Part shown: one piece after another, positions 7,195-15,532 of the stretch
How the letters are laid out: every line of letters begins with the position of its first letter
Position numbering within the stretch: the first letter of the stretch is position 1
From: Alphaproteobacteria bacterium
GTDB lineage: Bacteria > Pseudomonadota > Alphaproteobacteria > Bin95
Reading direction: 5' to 3'
DNA length: 64,000 nt
NCBI GenBank assembly: GCA_964291285.2
Contig: OZ219785.1
Span: forward strand, 992,001-1,056,000
Notes under the pieces: model-generated
Database searches by the model: none
Told to the model about the DNA's origin: nothing
The model's input: the letters and a program-made list of their open reading frames with translations, nothing else
Made by a program: the position numbers and the translations under genes

Positions 7195-9068
7195 CCCGGA
7201 TCAACACCCTCAAGACCAATTTCAGCGCGGGCGAGCTCACCCCGCGCCTCGCCGGCCGGCCCGACCTCGCGGCCTATCGCGACGGCGCGCGCCGGCTGCG
7301 CAATGTCACCGTCCACCCGACGGGCGGGCTGTCGCGGCGGCCGGGGCTCGCCTTCGTCGAGGCCGCGCCCGGCCCCGGCCGGCTGGCCGCCTTCGAATTC
7401 AACACGGAGGAAAGCTACCTGCTGCTGTTCACCGACCGGGCGCTGCGCATCTACCGGGCGGGCCGGCGGGTCGCGCTCGTCGCCGCGCCCTGGCGGGAAG
7501 CGGACCTGGCCGGGCTCAACTGGACGCAGACCGCCGACACGCTGCTGGTCGTCCATCCCGACTATCCGCCGCAGACCCTGACGCGCCGGGGGCAGGACGA
7601 CTGGCGGATCGCGCCCTGGGAATGGGCCGAGCGGGCCGGACGGTCGATGCGGCCCTACCACCGCTATGCCGCGCCGTCGGTGACGCTGGCGGCCTCGGCG
7701 GCTTCGGGCCGCGTCCGGCTCACCGCCTCGGCCGGCGTCTTCGCGCCGGAGCATGCGGGCCAGCCCTTCCGGATCGGCAGGGACGAGGTCCGGATCCACC
7801 GGTTCGTCTCCGCCACCCAGGCCGAGGCGGACGTCACGGGCGCGCTTGCAGGCGGCACGGCGGCGACCGCGAACTGGCGGGAGCCCGCCTTTTCGGCCCG
7901 GCGCGGCTGGCCGGTCTCGGTCGTGTTCCACCAGGACAGGCTGGTGATCGGCGGGTCGCGCTCGCTGCCGGACCGGCTCTGGCTCTCGCGCTCGGGCGCC
8001 TTTTTCGACTTCGACCCCGGCGAGGGGCTCGATGACGAGGCCATCGCCTTCCCGCTGCTTTCGGACCAGGCGAACGCGGTGCGCGCGGTCGTCTCCGGGC
8101 GGCATCTGCAGGTCTTCACCTCGGGCGCGGAATGGACCGTCTCCGGCGACCCGCTGACCCCCGCCTCTATCCAGCTCCGCCGCCAGACGCGCATCGGCTC
8201 GCCCGCCGACCGCGCCGTCCGGCCGGTGGATGTCGAGGGAGCGGTGATGTTCCTCGCCCGCAACGGGCGCGAGCTGCGCGAATTCCTGTTCGCGGACGCC
8301 GAGCTTGCCTACCGCGCGCAGGACCTGGCGCTGCTTGCCGGCCACCTGTTCGCCGCGCCGGTCGAGGCCGTCTGGGACGAGGCGGCCCGGCGGCTGCTGG
8401 TCGTCATGGGCGACGGGTCCATCGCCGCGCTCACGCTCTGGCGGGCCGAGGGCGTCCATGCCTGGACGCGGCTGGAGACCGAGGGAGCCTTCCGGTCGGC
8501 GGCGGTGGCGGGCGGCGCGGCCTGGGCGCTGGTCGAGCGCGAGGGGCGGTATTCGGTCGAGCGCTTCGACGAGGCGATCGGCGTGGACGCCGCGGTCTCC
8601 GGAACGGCCGCCCGCCCGACCCGCTCCTGGGGCGGCCTCGCCCATCTCGAAGGCCGGGAGGTCGCCGCCGTCGCGGGCGGCAGGCCGCTCTCCGGGCTCC
8701 GGGTGACGGGCGGACGCATCCTGCTCGACGCCCCGGCCCGGAACGTGCAGGCGGGGCTGCCCTTCGCGCACGAGATCGAGCCGCTCGCCCCCGGCGTCCA
8801 GCTTGCGCGGGGCGCGATGCAGGGCGTGGCCCACCGGGCGGTGCGGCTGGTGCTGCGCCTTGCCGGCGCGCGGGCGCTGCGCTGCGACACGGGCTTCGGC
8901 TTCCGCCGGGCCGCGCTCGGCGCGGATGCCTTCACCGGCGACATCTCGCTCGGCGCGGGCGGCTGGCGGCGCGACGGCGCGGCCCCGCTCTGGCGCATCG
9001 AGGACGAGACCCCGCTTCCCTTCCACCTCCTTTCCGCTGCAACCGAACTCAAGGTGACCGACATATGA
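7191..9068 (+). CDS. Tail tubular protein B / nozzle (T7 gp12-like)
   Basis: TNFSAGELTPRL..R.DL, GWPVSVVFHQDRLVIGGS and LQVFTSGAEW motifs. True start is ATG 7191 (ATGA overlap). Confidence 0.85.
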   Translation: MTRINTLKTNFSAGELTPRLAGRPDLAAYRDGARRLRNVTVHPTGGLSRRPGLAFVEAAPGPGRLAAFEFNTEESYLLLFTDRALRIYRAGRRVALVAAPWREADLAGLNWTQTADTLLVVHPDYPPQTLTRRGQDDWRIAPWEWAERAGRSMRPYHRYAAPSVTLAASAASGRVRLTASAGVFAPEHAGQPFRIGRDEVRIHRFVSATQAEADVTGALAGGTAATANWREPAFSARRGWPVSVVFHQDRLVIGGSRSLPDRLWLSRSGAFFDFDPGEGLDDEAIAFPLLSDQANAVRAVVSGRHLQVFTSGAEWTVSGDPLTPASIQLRRQTRIGSPADRAVRPVDVEGAVMFLARNGRELREFLFADAELAYRAQDLALLAGHLFAAPVEAVWDEAARRLLVVMGDGSIAALTLWRAEGVHAWTRLETEGAFRSAAVAGGAAWALVEREGRYSVERFDEAIGVDAAVSGTAARPTRSWGGLAHLEGREVAAVAGGRPLSGLRVTGGRILLDAPARNVQAGLPFAHEIEPLAPGVQLARGAMQGVAHRAVRLVLRLAGARALRCDTGFGFRRAALGADAFTGDISLGAGGWRRDGAAPLWRIEDETPLPFHLLSAATELKVTDI

Positions 9069-9481
9069 GCGCACTCCTCCCCGTAGCCCTGGCGGCGGGC
9101 AACGCCCTGCTCGCCGAAACCTCCGCCGCCGAGGCGGCCTCCCGGCGCCGCGCCGCCGCGAACGCGCAGGCCGCCGATGTCCGCGCCGGCGCCGCCGAGC
9201 GCGAACGCCTGCGCCGCCGCCGGCTGAAGCAGGCGCTGGCCCGCGCCCGCGCCCGGTTCGGCGCGGCCGGCACCGGCTCCGCCGCCGGTTCGGCCGCCGC
9301 GCTGCTGGGCGGGCTTGCCGCCGAAAGCGAGCGGGAGGGCCGCCATGCGGGCGACGCCGCCTCGCGGCGCCTCGCCTCGCTCCGGGCCGACAGCACCCAT
9401 GCGGGCCGGCTCGAACGGCTGGGCCTCCTCAGCCGGACGGGCGGGCTGCTCGCGCTGCGCGGGCCGCGGCGAAACGGCTGA
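9065..9481 (+). CDS. Putative internal virion/ejection protein
   Basis: Ala/Arg-rich helical ORF (ARARARFGAAGTGSAAGSAAALL) coupled to the tail B stop, in the position of podoviral core proteins. Confidence 0.5.
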   Translation: MSALLPVALAAGNALLAETSAAEAASRRRAAANAQAADVRAGAAERERLRRRRLKQALARARARFGAAGTGSAAGSAAALLGGLAAESEREGRHAGDAASRRLASLRADSTHAGRLERLGLLSRTGGLLALRGPRRNG

Positions 9482-9492
9482 CGGGCGGTCCC

Positions 9493-9672
9493 GTGGACAC
9501 GCTCGCGCTCCGGGTCTTCGCCGAATACGGGCCGCTCGCCCTTGGCTGGGGCCTTGCCGGCTGGCTGCTGCACCGGGATTCGCGCGGCCGCCAGCAGGTG
9601 CTCGACGTCATCGTCGCCAACACGCGCGCGCTCGCCGTGCTGGCGGAGAAGATCGACGCGCTCCGGCGGTAG
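9493..9672 (+). CDS. Small membrane protein, candidate single-TM holin or lysis accessory
   Basis: Own translation, below the ORF-track cutoff: VDTLALRVFAEYGPLALGWGLAGWLLHRDSRGRQQVLDVIVANTRALAVLAEKIDALRR. One hydrophobic segment plus a coiled coil. Confidence 0.5.
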   Translation: MDTLALRVFAEYGPLALGWGLAGWLLHRDSRGRQQVLDVIVANTRALAVLAEKIDALRR

Positions 9673-9731
9673 CGGGCGCCCGGCCACCGACCGCTGCCAC
9701 TATCCACTACCCACTATTCAAAGGAGGTTCG

Positions 9732-11198
9732 ATGAACCCCACCTTCACCTCTTTCCTCGACGCCTGGAACCGCAGCCAGACTCTGGCAACGCCCGCGCTT
9801 CACCGGAACATCGCCGGCTGGTTCGACGAGCGGATCGCCAAGGGCACGCGGCGCATGCTGCTGCTGGCCTTCCGGGGCTCGGGCAAATCGACCCTGCTCG
9901 GCCTGCTGTCCGCCTGGCTGCTCAAATGCAACCCGGACCGGCGCATCCTGGTGCTGGCGGCGGAGTCGGCGCTGGCATCCAAGACGGTGCGCACCGTGCG
10001 CCGCATCCTGGAGCGCCATCCCGACACGGAAGCGCTCCGCCCCGACAAGCCCGAGGAATGGGCGGCCGACCGGCTGACCGTGCCGCGCCGCCTCGTCTCG
10101 CGCGACCCCTCGCTGCTGGCGCGCGGCATCGGGGCCAACATTACCGGGGCGCATGCCGATGTCGTGATCTGCGACGATGTCGAAGTGCCGAACACCTGCG
10201 GCACGCCGGCGAAGCGGGCCGACCTGCGCGCGCGCCTCTCCGAGGCCGACTATGTGCTGAGCCCCGGCGGCTTCCAGATCTACAGCGGCACGCCGCACAG
10301 CTACTACTCGATCTACACCAAGGACCCGCGGCCGGAGGAAGGCGACAAGCGCCCGTTCCTGCACGATTTCCGCCGGTTGACGAAGAAACTCACGGCGAGA
10401 GCTTGGCCGGAGCGCTTCCCGCCGAAGGTCATCAAGGAAATCCGCAAGCGCGCGGGCCCGGCGCGCTTCGCCAGCCAGATGCTGCTCGAACCCATGCAGG
10501 CGGTGGACGGCCGGCTGAACGCGGAGTGGCTGCGCCGCTACGAGGAGCCGCTCGACTACAGCGAGGTGAACGGCAGGCCGGTGCTGCGGCTGGCCGGCCG
10601 GCGGCTGCTCTCCGCCTCGGCCTGGCTGGACCCCTCCTTCGGCAGGCGGGACAAGGGCGATGCCTGCGTGCTGGCCGCGGTGTTCACCGACGAGGACGGC
10701 CGGCGCCTGCTGCACCGGGTGGCCTACCTCTACTACGACCCGAAGAACGACCGCGACGGCGCGGCGAAGCAGTTGTGCCGGCAGGCGGCCGCCCATGCGC
10801 GCAAGCTGGCGCTGCCGGCCGTCCATGTGGAGTCCAACGGCGTCGGGGCGTTCATCCCGAAAATCCTGCAGCGGGAACTCGCGCGCGAGGGCCACGGCGC
10901 CACGGTCATCGGCATCCCCAACAGCCGCCCGAAGCACGAGCGCATCCTGGAGGCGTTCGACGCGCCGCTCGCCGCCAATGCGCTCTGGGCCCATGCCAGC
11001 GTATTCAAGTCGCCCTTCCTGCGAGAACTGAGGGAATGGCGGCCGGAAAACCGCAGCGGCCCGGACGACGGACTGGACGCGGCCGCCTGCGCGCTGCTGA
11101 TGGAGCCGGTCCGCATCCGCCCGGTCGGCCGCGCGCCGCGCCTGGAGTGGCGGAAGCACGCAAGCCCCGGTCGCGCCCGCACCGATTTCGGCATCTGA
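9732..11198 (+). CDS. terL: Large terminase subunit (T7 gp19-like)
   Basis: Walker A LLAFRGSGKST, Walker B VVICDDVE, GTPH, nuclease motifs LDPS and DDGLDA. RBS AAGGAGG before ATG 9732. Confidence 0.92.
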   Translation: MNPTFTSFLDAWNRSQTLATPALHRNIAGWFDERIAKGTRRMLLLAFRGSGKSTLLGLLSAWLLKCNPDRRILVLAAESALASKTVRTVRRILERHPDTEALRPDKPEEWAADRLTVPRRLVSRDPSLLARGIGANITGAHADVVICDDVEVPNTCGTPAKRADLRARLSEADYVLSPGGFQIYSGTPHSYYSIYTKDPRPEEGDKRPFLHDFRRLTKKLTARAWPERFPPKVIKEIRKRAGPARFASQMLLEPMQAVDGRLNAEWLRRYEEPLDYSEVNGRPVLRLAGRRLLSASAWLDPSFGRRDKGDACVLAAVFTDEDGRRLLHRVAYLYYDPKNDRDGAAKQLCRQAAAHARKLALPAVHVESNGVGAFIPKILQRELAREGHGATVIGIPNSRPKHERILEAFDAPLAANALWAHASVFKSPFLRELREWRPENRSGPDDGLDAAACALLMEPVRIRPVGRAPRLEWRKHASPGRARTDFGI

Positions 11199-11206
11199 GG
11201 CGGGGG

Positions 11207-11285
11207 CCGCCCTTCGATACGCCCGCCGGAGGCGGGCTACTCAGGGTGAGGGAAGAGCCTGCCCTGGGCCTGTCGAAGGGGACGG
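11207..11285. repeat. REP/MITE-like palindromic element
   Basis: Outer inverted repeat CCCTTCGA...TCGAAGGG with an inner hairpin GCCCGCC-GGA-GGCGGGC. Confidence 0.6.
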
Positions 11286-11337
11286 CCTCCATGACAGGCT
11301 CGACCCATCCACCAACCACCATCCACGGGAGGAACCC

Positions 11338-11907
11338 ATGATTCCTGCACTTCTCGCCCAGATCGGCCTGCCGCTCATCGCGCGCCTCGCGGGCGCCGGG
11401 CTGGAGGCGCTCGACAACCCGGCCGCCGACACCGCCGCCAGGGCGCTCCGCGAGGTGGACGGCGTGCTGCGGACCGGCGGCGTCGCCCCGGAGGCGCTCG
11501 ACGCCGCGAACCGGCGCATCGAGGCCGAGGCGCGCTCGCGCGAGGCCGAGACCGCCTGGCGCGAGGTCAACGCCACCATGCGCGCCGAGACCCGCGCCGG
11601 GGACGCCTATGTGCGCCGCTGGCGGCCGACCTTCGGCTATGCCGTGACGGCGGCGTGGGCCATGCAGATGGGCGCCATCGCCTGGGCGGTGGTGGCGCAC
11701 CCGACCGACGCGCCGGCGATCCTGGCGGCGGCCGCCTCGCTCAGCGCCATGTGGGGCGTGGCGCTCGCCGTGCTCGGGGTCGCGGTGCATGAACGCTCGC
11801 GCGACAAGGCGCTCGCCGCAGGCCAGCCCGCCTCCGGCCTGGCGTCGCTGGCCGCCGCGCTGCTGGACCGCAGGAAGGCGGAACGGCCCGCCGCGCCCGC
11901 CGGGTAG
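11338..11907 (+). CDS. 3TM holin family protein
   Basis: ATMRAE...DAYVRRWRPTFGY followed by hydrophobic helices and VLGVAVHERSRDK. Confidence 0.8.
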   Translation: MIPALLAQIGLPLIARLAGAGLEALDNPAADTAARALREVDGVLRTGGVAPEALDAANRRIEAEARSREAETAWREVNATMRAETRAGDAYVRRWRPTFGYAVTAAWAMQMGAIAWAVVAHPTDAPAILAAAASLSAMWGVALAVLGVAVHERSRDKALAAGQPASGLASLAAALLDRRKAERPAAPAG

Positions 11908-11928
11908 CGGGCGCGGCCAGGCCCCGGC

Positions 11929-12723
11929 TCAGTAGGGGCTGCCGGAGATGTTGCTGTCGGCCATCTTGCCCTTGAGGGCTGCGACCGCGGCCATGGCGCC
12001 CTGGGCCATCAGCCGGCTGTCGTTTGCGATGGTCGCGAGCTGGAAGCCCTTCTCGAACATCCGCGCGGCATATTCGGGCGAGCCGCAATGCAGGCCCGCC
12101 GGCACGCCGTGCTTCTTCGCCCCGGCGAGGATGGTGTCGATGGCCGCCACCACCTCCGGCACCTCGGTGTCGAGCTGCGGGGCGTGGCCGAGCGAGAGCG
12201 AGAGGTCCGAGGGGCCGACATAGATGCCGTCCAGCCCCGGCGTGGACAGGATGTCGTCCAGATTGTCGATCGCCTGCTGGGTCTCGATCATGGCGATGGC
12301 GAGCACCGTGTCATTGGCGCGCTCGCCATAGTCCGCGCCGGCATACATGACGGCGCGGATCGGCCCGAAGCTGCGCGAGCCCTTGGGCGCGTAATTGCAG
12401 CAGGCGACGAGCGTCTCGCATTCCGCCCGGGTGTTGATCATCGGGCAGATGATGCCGTAGCTGCCGGCGTCCAGAAGCTTCTGGATGATGCCCGGCTCCA
12501 GCCACGGCACCCGGGCCATCGGCGTGGCGTCGGAGAGCGAGATTCCCTGCAGCATCGGCACCGCGGCGGTGTAATCGACCATGCCGTGCTGGAGGTCGAT
12601 GGTGACGCTGTCCCAGCCGCAGCCGGCCATGACCTCGGCGGAAAAACCGCTCGGGATCGCGAGCCAGCCGTTGACGACCGCGCCGCCGGCCTTCCAGGTT
12701 TCGAGGACGTTGTTCTTGCGCAT
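11929..12723 (-). CDS. HpcH/HpaI family aldolase
   Basis: IDLQHG, LDAGSYGIICPMIN, MIET and YVGPSDLS motifs. Confidence 0.9.
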   Translation of the reverse strand: MRKNNVLETWKAGGAVVNGWLAIPSGFSAEVMAGCGWDSVTIDLQHGMVDYTAAVPMLQGISLSDATPMARVPWLEPGIIQKLLDAGSYGIICPMINTRAECETLVACCNYAPKGSRSFGPIRAVMYAGADYGERANDTVLAIAMIETQQAIDNLDDILSTPGLDGIYVGPSDLSLSLGHAPQLDTEVPEVVAAIDTILAGAKKHGVPAGLHCGSPEYAARMFEKGFQLATIANDSRLMAQGAMAAVAALKGKMADSNISGSPY

Positions 12724-12737
12724 GTTCCTTGCGTTCC

Positions 12738-13718
12738 TTAGCCGAGGACTTCCTTGTTGACCACATGGGCGGGGACGGGCCTGCCGTCGAAGACGTCGAT
12801 CACGTTCTGGCAGGTGACCATCGCCATGCGGTCCATCGATTCGCGGGTCACGCCCGCCGAATGGGGTGAGAGCAGCACATTGTCCATGGTGAAGAGCGGG
12901 TTGCCGGGAAGCGGCGGCTCCGGGTCGAACACGTCGATGCCGGCCGCCAGGATGGTCCGGTTCTTCAGCGCCTCGATCAGCGCGGCCTCGTTGACGATGC
13001 CGCCGCGCGCCGTGGTGACGATGATCGCGGTGGGCTTCATCCGCGCGAGCCGGTCCGCGCCGATCAGGCCGTAGGTCTCCTCGTTGCGCGGGCAGTGGAT
13101 GGTTACGAAATCCGCCTCCGCCAGCGCCGCATCGAGGTCGTCCACGAGCGCCGCGCCCGCTGCATGCACGGCCGCCGGGTCCGCATAGGGGTCGTAGACC
13201 TGCACATCCATCTCGAAAGCGACGGCGCGCTTCACCGTGCGCGAGCCGATGCGCCCGAAACCGACCGACAGCAGCCGCTTCTCGTAGAGGTCGAGGGCCG
13301 AATACTCGTTGCGCACACCGAAGTTCCCGGCCGCCACGCCGGCATGGTACTGGCGCGCCATCTTGGCGAGGTCGAGCATCATGAACATGGCGTGCTCGGC
13401 CACGGTGACCGAATTGGCGGTGCCGGCGACCATGAGCGGCACGCCGCGCTCGGTGAGCGCCGCCACGTCCACGGAGTCGAAGCCGACGCCGAAGCGCGAA
13501 CAGACTTCCAGATTGGGCGTGGCCGCGATCAGTTCGCGGGTGTAGCGCGTGCCGAACAGCGTGATCCCGTGGATGTCGGCCAGATGCGCCTTCAGGTCCA
13601 GGTCCGGGCCTTCGTGGACGATCTCGACCTCGATATCGTCGCGGGCCGCGAACAGGTCGAGCCCCGCCTTCGGCATGCCCTGCACGCAGAGCACCTTGCG
13701 CATGTTGGTCGCATTCAT
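12738..13718 (-). CDS. D-2-hydroxyacid dehydrogenase (SerA-like)
   Basis: RFGVGFDSVD, GFGRIG, TARGGIVNE and SPHSAG motifs. Start taken at MNATN. Confidence 0.9.
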   Translation of the reverse strand: MNATNMRKVLCVQGMPKAGLDLFAARDDIEVEIVHEGPDLDLKAHLADIHGITLFGTRYTRELIAATPNLEVCSRFGVGFDSVDVAALTERGVPLMVAGTANSVTVAEHAMFMMLDLAKMARQYHAGVAAGNFGVRNEYSALDLYEKRLLSVGFGRIGSRTVKRAVAFEMDVQVYDPYADPAAVHAAGAALVDDLDAALAEADFVTIHCPRNEETYGLIGADRLARMKPTAIIVTTARGGIVNEAALIEALKNRTILAAGIDVFDPEPPLPGNPLFTMDNVLLSPHSAGVTRESMDRMAMVTCQNVIDVFDGRPVPAHVVNKEVLG

Positions 13719-13743
13719 GGGGAAGCGCCCCCTCCCGTTCCCT

Positions 13744-13904
13744 CGGCGGCGCGGAACGCCGCCATTCGTAATGGTCCGGCGCGGAACGCCGCCCTCCTTA
13801 CAGTTCGCCGCGTTCCGCGCGGCGGCGGCGCGGAACGCCGCCATTCGTAATGGTCCGGCGCGGAACGCCGCCCTCCTTACAGTTCGCCGCGTTCCGCGCG
13901 GCGG
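13744..13904. repeat. Two tandem 79-bp units built from GCGCGGAACGC / GCGTTCCGCGC inverted motifs (REP/BIME-like)
   Basis: Perfect 79-bp period. Each unit has two GGCGCGGAACGCCGCC and one reverse-complement copy. Confidence 0.88.
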
Positions 13905-14017
13905 AAGCCCCTGCCATAATCCAGCCGGCCGTGAAATGCAAAGGCGCGCGGGCACGGGCGGCCTCTTGCCGGCGCGCTCCGTTGGGGGCACACTCCGCGC
14001 CGAAGGAAAGGTCGTCC

Positions 14018-14407
14018 ATGCCGCTGGAACTGTCCGCCTGGCTTACGCCCGCCATCCTCATCGCCGTCGCGGCGCTGCTGCTGCGCAGCCACGCGCGGCT
14101 CGAGGAGCGTCTCGGTGCGCGCATCGACGAGACCAACAAGCGCATCGACGAGACCAACAAGAGCCTCGGCGCGCGCATCGACGAGACCAACGGGAGCCTC
14201 GGCGCGCGCATCGACGAGGTCAACAAGAGCCTCGGCGCGCGCATCGACGAGACCAACAGGCGCATCGACGAGATGAACAGGAGCCTCGGCGCGCGCATAG
14301 ACGTGATCGACGACCGGCTGCGGGCGGTCGAACACGGGCAGGCACGGCTCGAAGGCCTGCTCGACGGCCTCCGCGAGGCGATCGCCGGCCGCCGCCCCGC
14401 CGCCTGA
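14018..14407 (+). CDS. Membrane-anchored coiled-coil protein with RIDETNK(SLGA) repeats
   Basis: N-terminal hydrophobic helix, then 7- and 11-residue repeats encoded by 21- and 33-bp tandem units. Confidence 0.75.
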   Translation: MPLELSAWLTPAILIAVAALLLRSHARLEERLGARIDETNKRIDETNKSLGARIDETNGSLGARIDEVNKSLGARIDETNRRIDEMNRSLGARIDVIDDRLRAVEHGQARLEGLLDGLREAIAGRRPAA

Positions 14408-14455
14408 CGGCGGCGGAAGCTTCCGGGCAAAGGCGATAGCGAAAGTGACGGCAGG

Positions 14456-15517
14456 GTGAAATTCGGCTGGCTGACGCTTTCTGCCTCGCCGGCGCCGGAG
14501 ACGGACCGCGAGCGCATCGCCGACCAGATCGCGCTGGCCGAGGCCGCGGAGGCCGCGGGCTTCTCCGACGTCTGGCTGACGGAGCACTACTTCACCGGCG
14601 AGAGCGTCTATTGCGATGCGCTCACCTTCGCCGCCGCGCTCGCCATGCGCACGACGCGGCTCAGGATCGGCTTCGCCGTGGTGCAGGCGCCGTTCCACCA
14701 CCCGGTGCGGCTGGCGACGCAGCTCTCCCTGCTCGACAACCTCTCCGGCGGGCGCATCGACATCGGCGTCGGCAAGGGCACGGTCTACAACGAATACGAG
14801 TTCGTCGGCTACGGCCTGAGGAGCGGCGATTCCCGCGCGCGGATGGCCGAGACCGTCTCCATCCTGGAGCGGGTCTGGACCGAGGCGCCGTTCCGCCACA
14901 AGGGCGCCTTCCACGAGTTCGAGATGCCGGAAATCCGCCCGCGGCCGGTGCAGCGGCCGGGGCCGCCGCTCTGGCGCTCGGCGATCTCGCCCGCCTCCTT
15001 CCGCGAATGCGGCGAGGCCGGGCTGCCGCTGCTCACGACGCGCCTGCCGCTGGAGGCCATCCCGGCGCGCTGGAAGCTCTATGCCGAGGGGCTGGAGGCC
15101 GGCGGCCACACCCCCGGCAAGCGCGCCCGGCTGCTAGGCGACGCGGCCGTCTGGCGCAACGTCTATGTGGCGGACTCGGACGCCGGGGCGGAAGACCGGC
15201 TGCACGGGCACCTGGTCGCCACCCGCGCCCATATCATGCATTTGCGCACGACGCTCAACCCGCCGGATTTCGAGATCGACCCCGCCATGCTGAACGCGAT
15301 GAGCGACCCTTCGGTCCCGGACGAAGAGGCCGTCCGGCAGGCGATGGAAACCGGCTCGATCTGGGGCTCGCCCGCCCGGGTGCGCGAGCAGGTGGCGGCC
15401 CTCGGCGATGCCGGCGTCGGCCACCTCCTCTGCCAGACCGCCTTCGGCGCGATGGAGCGCGAAGAGGCGCTCGCCAACATGCGCCGCTTCTCCGAGGCGG
15501 TGATCCGGCGGCCCTGA
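14456..15517 (+). CDS. LLM-class flavin-dependent oxidoreductase
   Basis: WLTEHYF and HHPVRLATQLSLLDNLSGGR motifs. Confidence 0.9.
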   Translation: MKFGWLTLSASPAPETDRERIADQIALAEAAEAAGFSDVWLTEHYFTGESVYCDALTFAAALAMRTTRLRIGFAVVQAPFHHPVRLATQLSLLDNLSGGRIDIGVGKGTVYNEYEFVGYGLRSGDSRARMAETVSILERVWTEAPFRHKGAFHEFEMPEIRPRPVQRPGPPLWRSAISPASFRECGEAGLPLLTTRLPLEAIPARWKLYAEGLEAGGHTPGKRARLLGDAAVWRNVYVADSDAGAEDRLHGHLVATRAHIMHLRTTLNPPDFEIDPAMLNAMSDPSVPDEEAVRQAMETGSIWGSPARVREQVAALGDAGVGHLLCQTAFGAMEREEALANMRRFSEAVIRRP

Positions 15518-15532
15518 GGCGGGCGGGAAGGC

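Noticed and set aside
9695-9716. CCACTA triplet repeat before terL as a packaging or regulatory site
   Set aside because: Too short and low in complexity to support a function.
1-11907. Intact inducible prophage
   Set aside because: No replication, integration, tail-fibre or endolysin genes or att sites are visible and composition is host-like. A remnant cannot be fully excluded because the left flank is outside the window.
13744-13904. Possible mini CRISPR array
   Set aside because: The linkers are only about 15-20 nt and are themselves duplicated, the repeats occur in both orientations, and there are no cas genes. It fits a REP/BIME-type tandem better.
14110-14310. Repeated GCGCGCATCGACGAG units as CRISPR or DGR repeats
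   Set aside because: The units are multiples of 3 and encode a coiled coil; there are no unique spacers and no reverse transcriptase.
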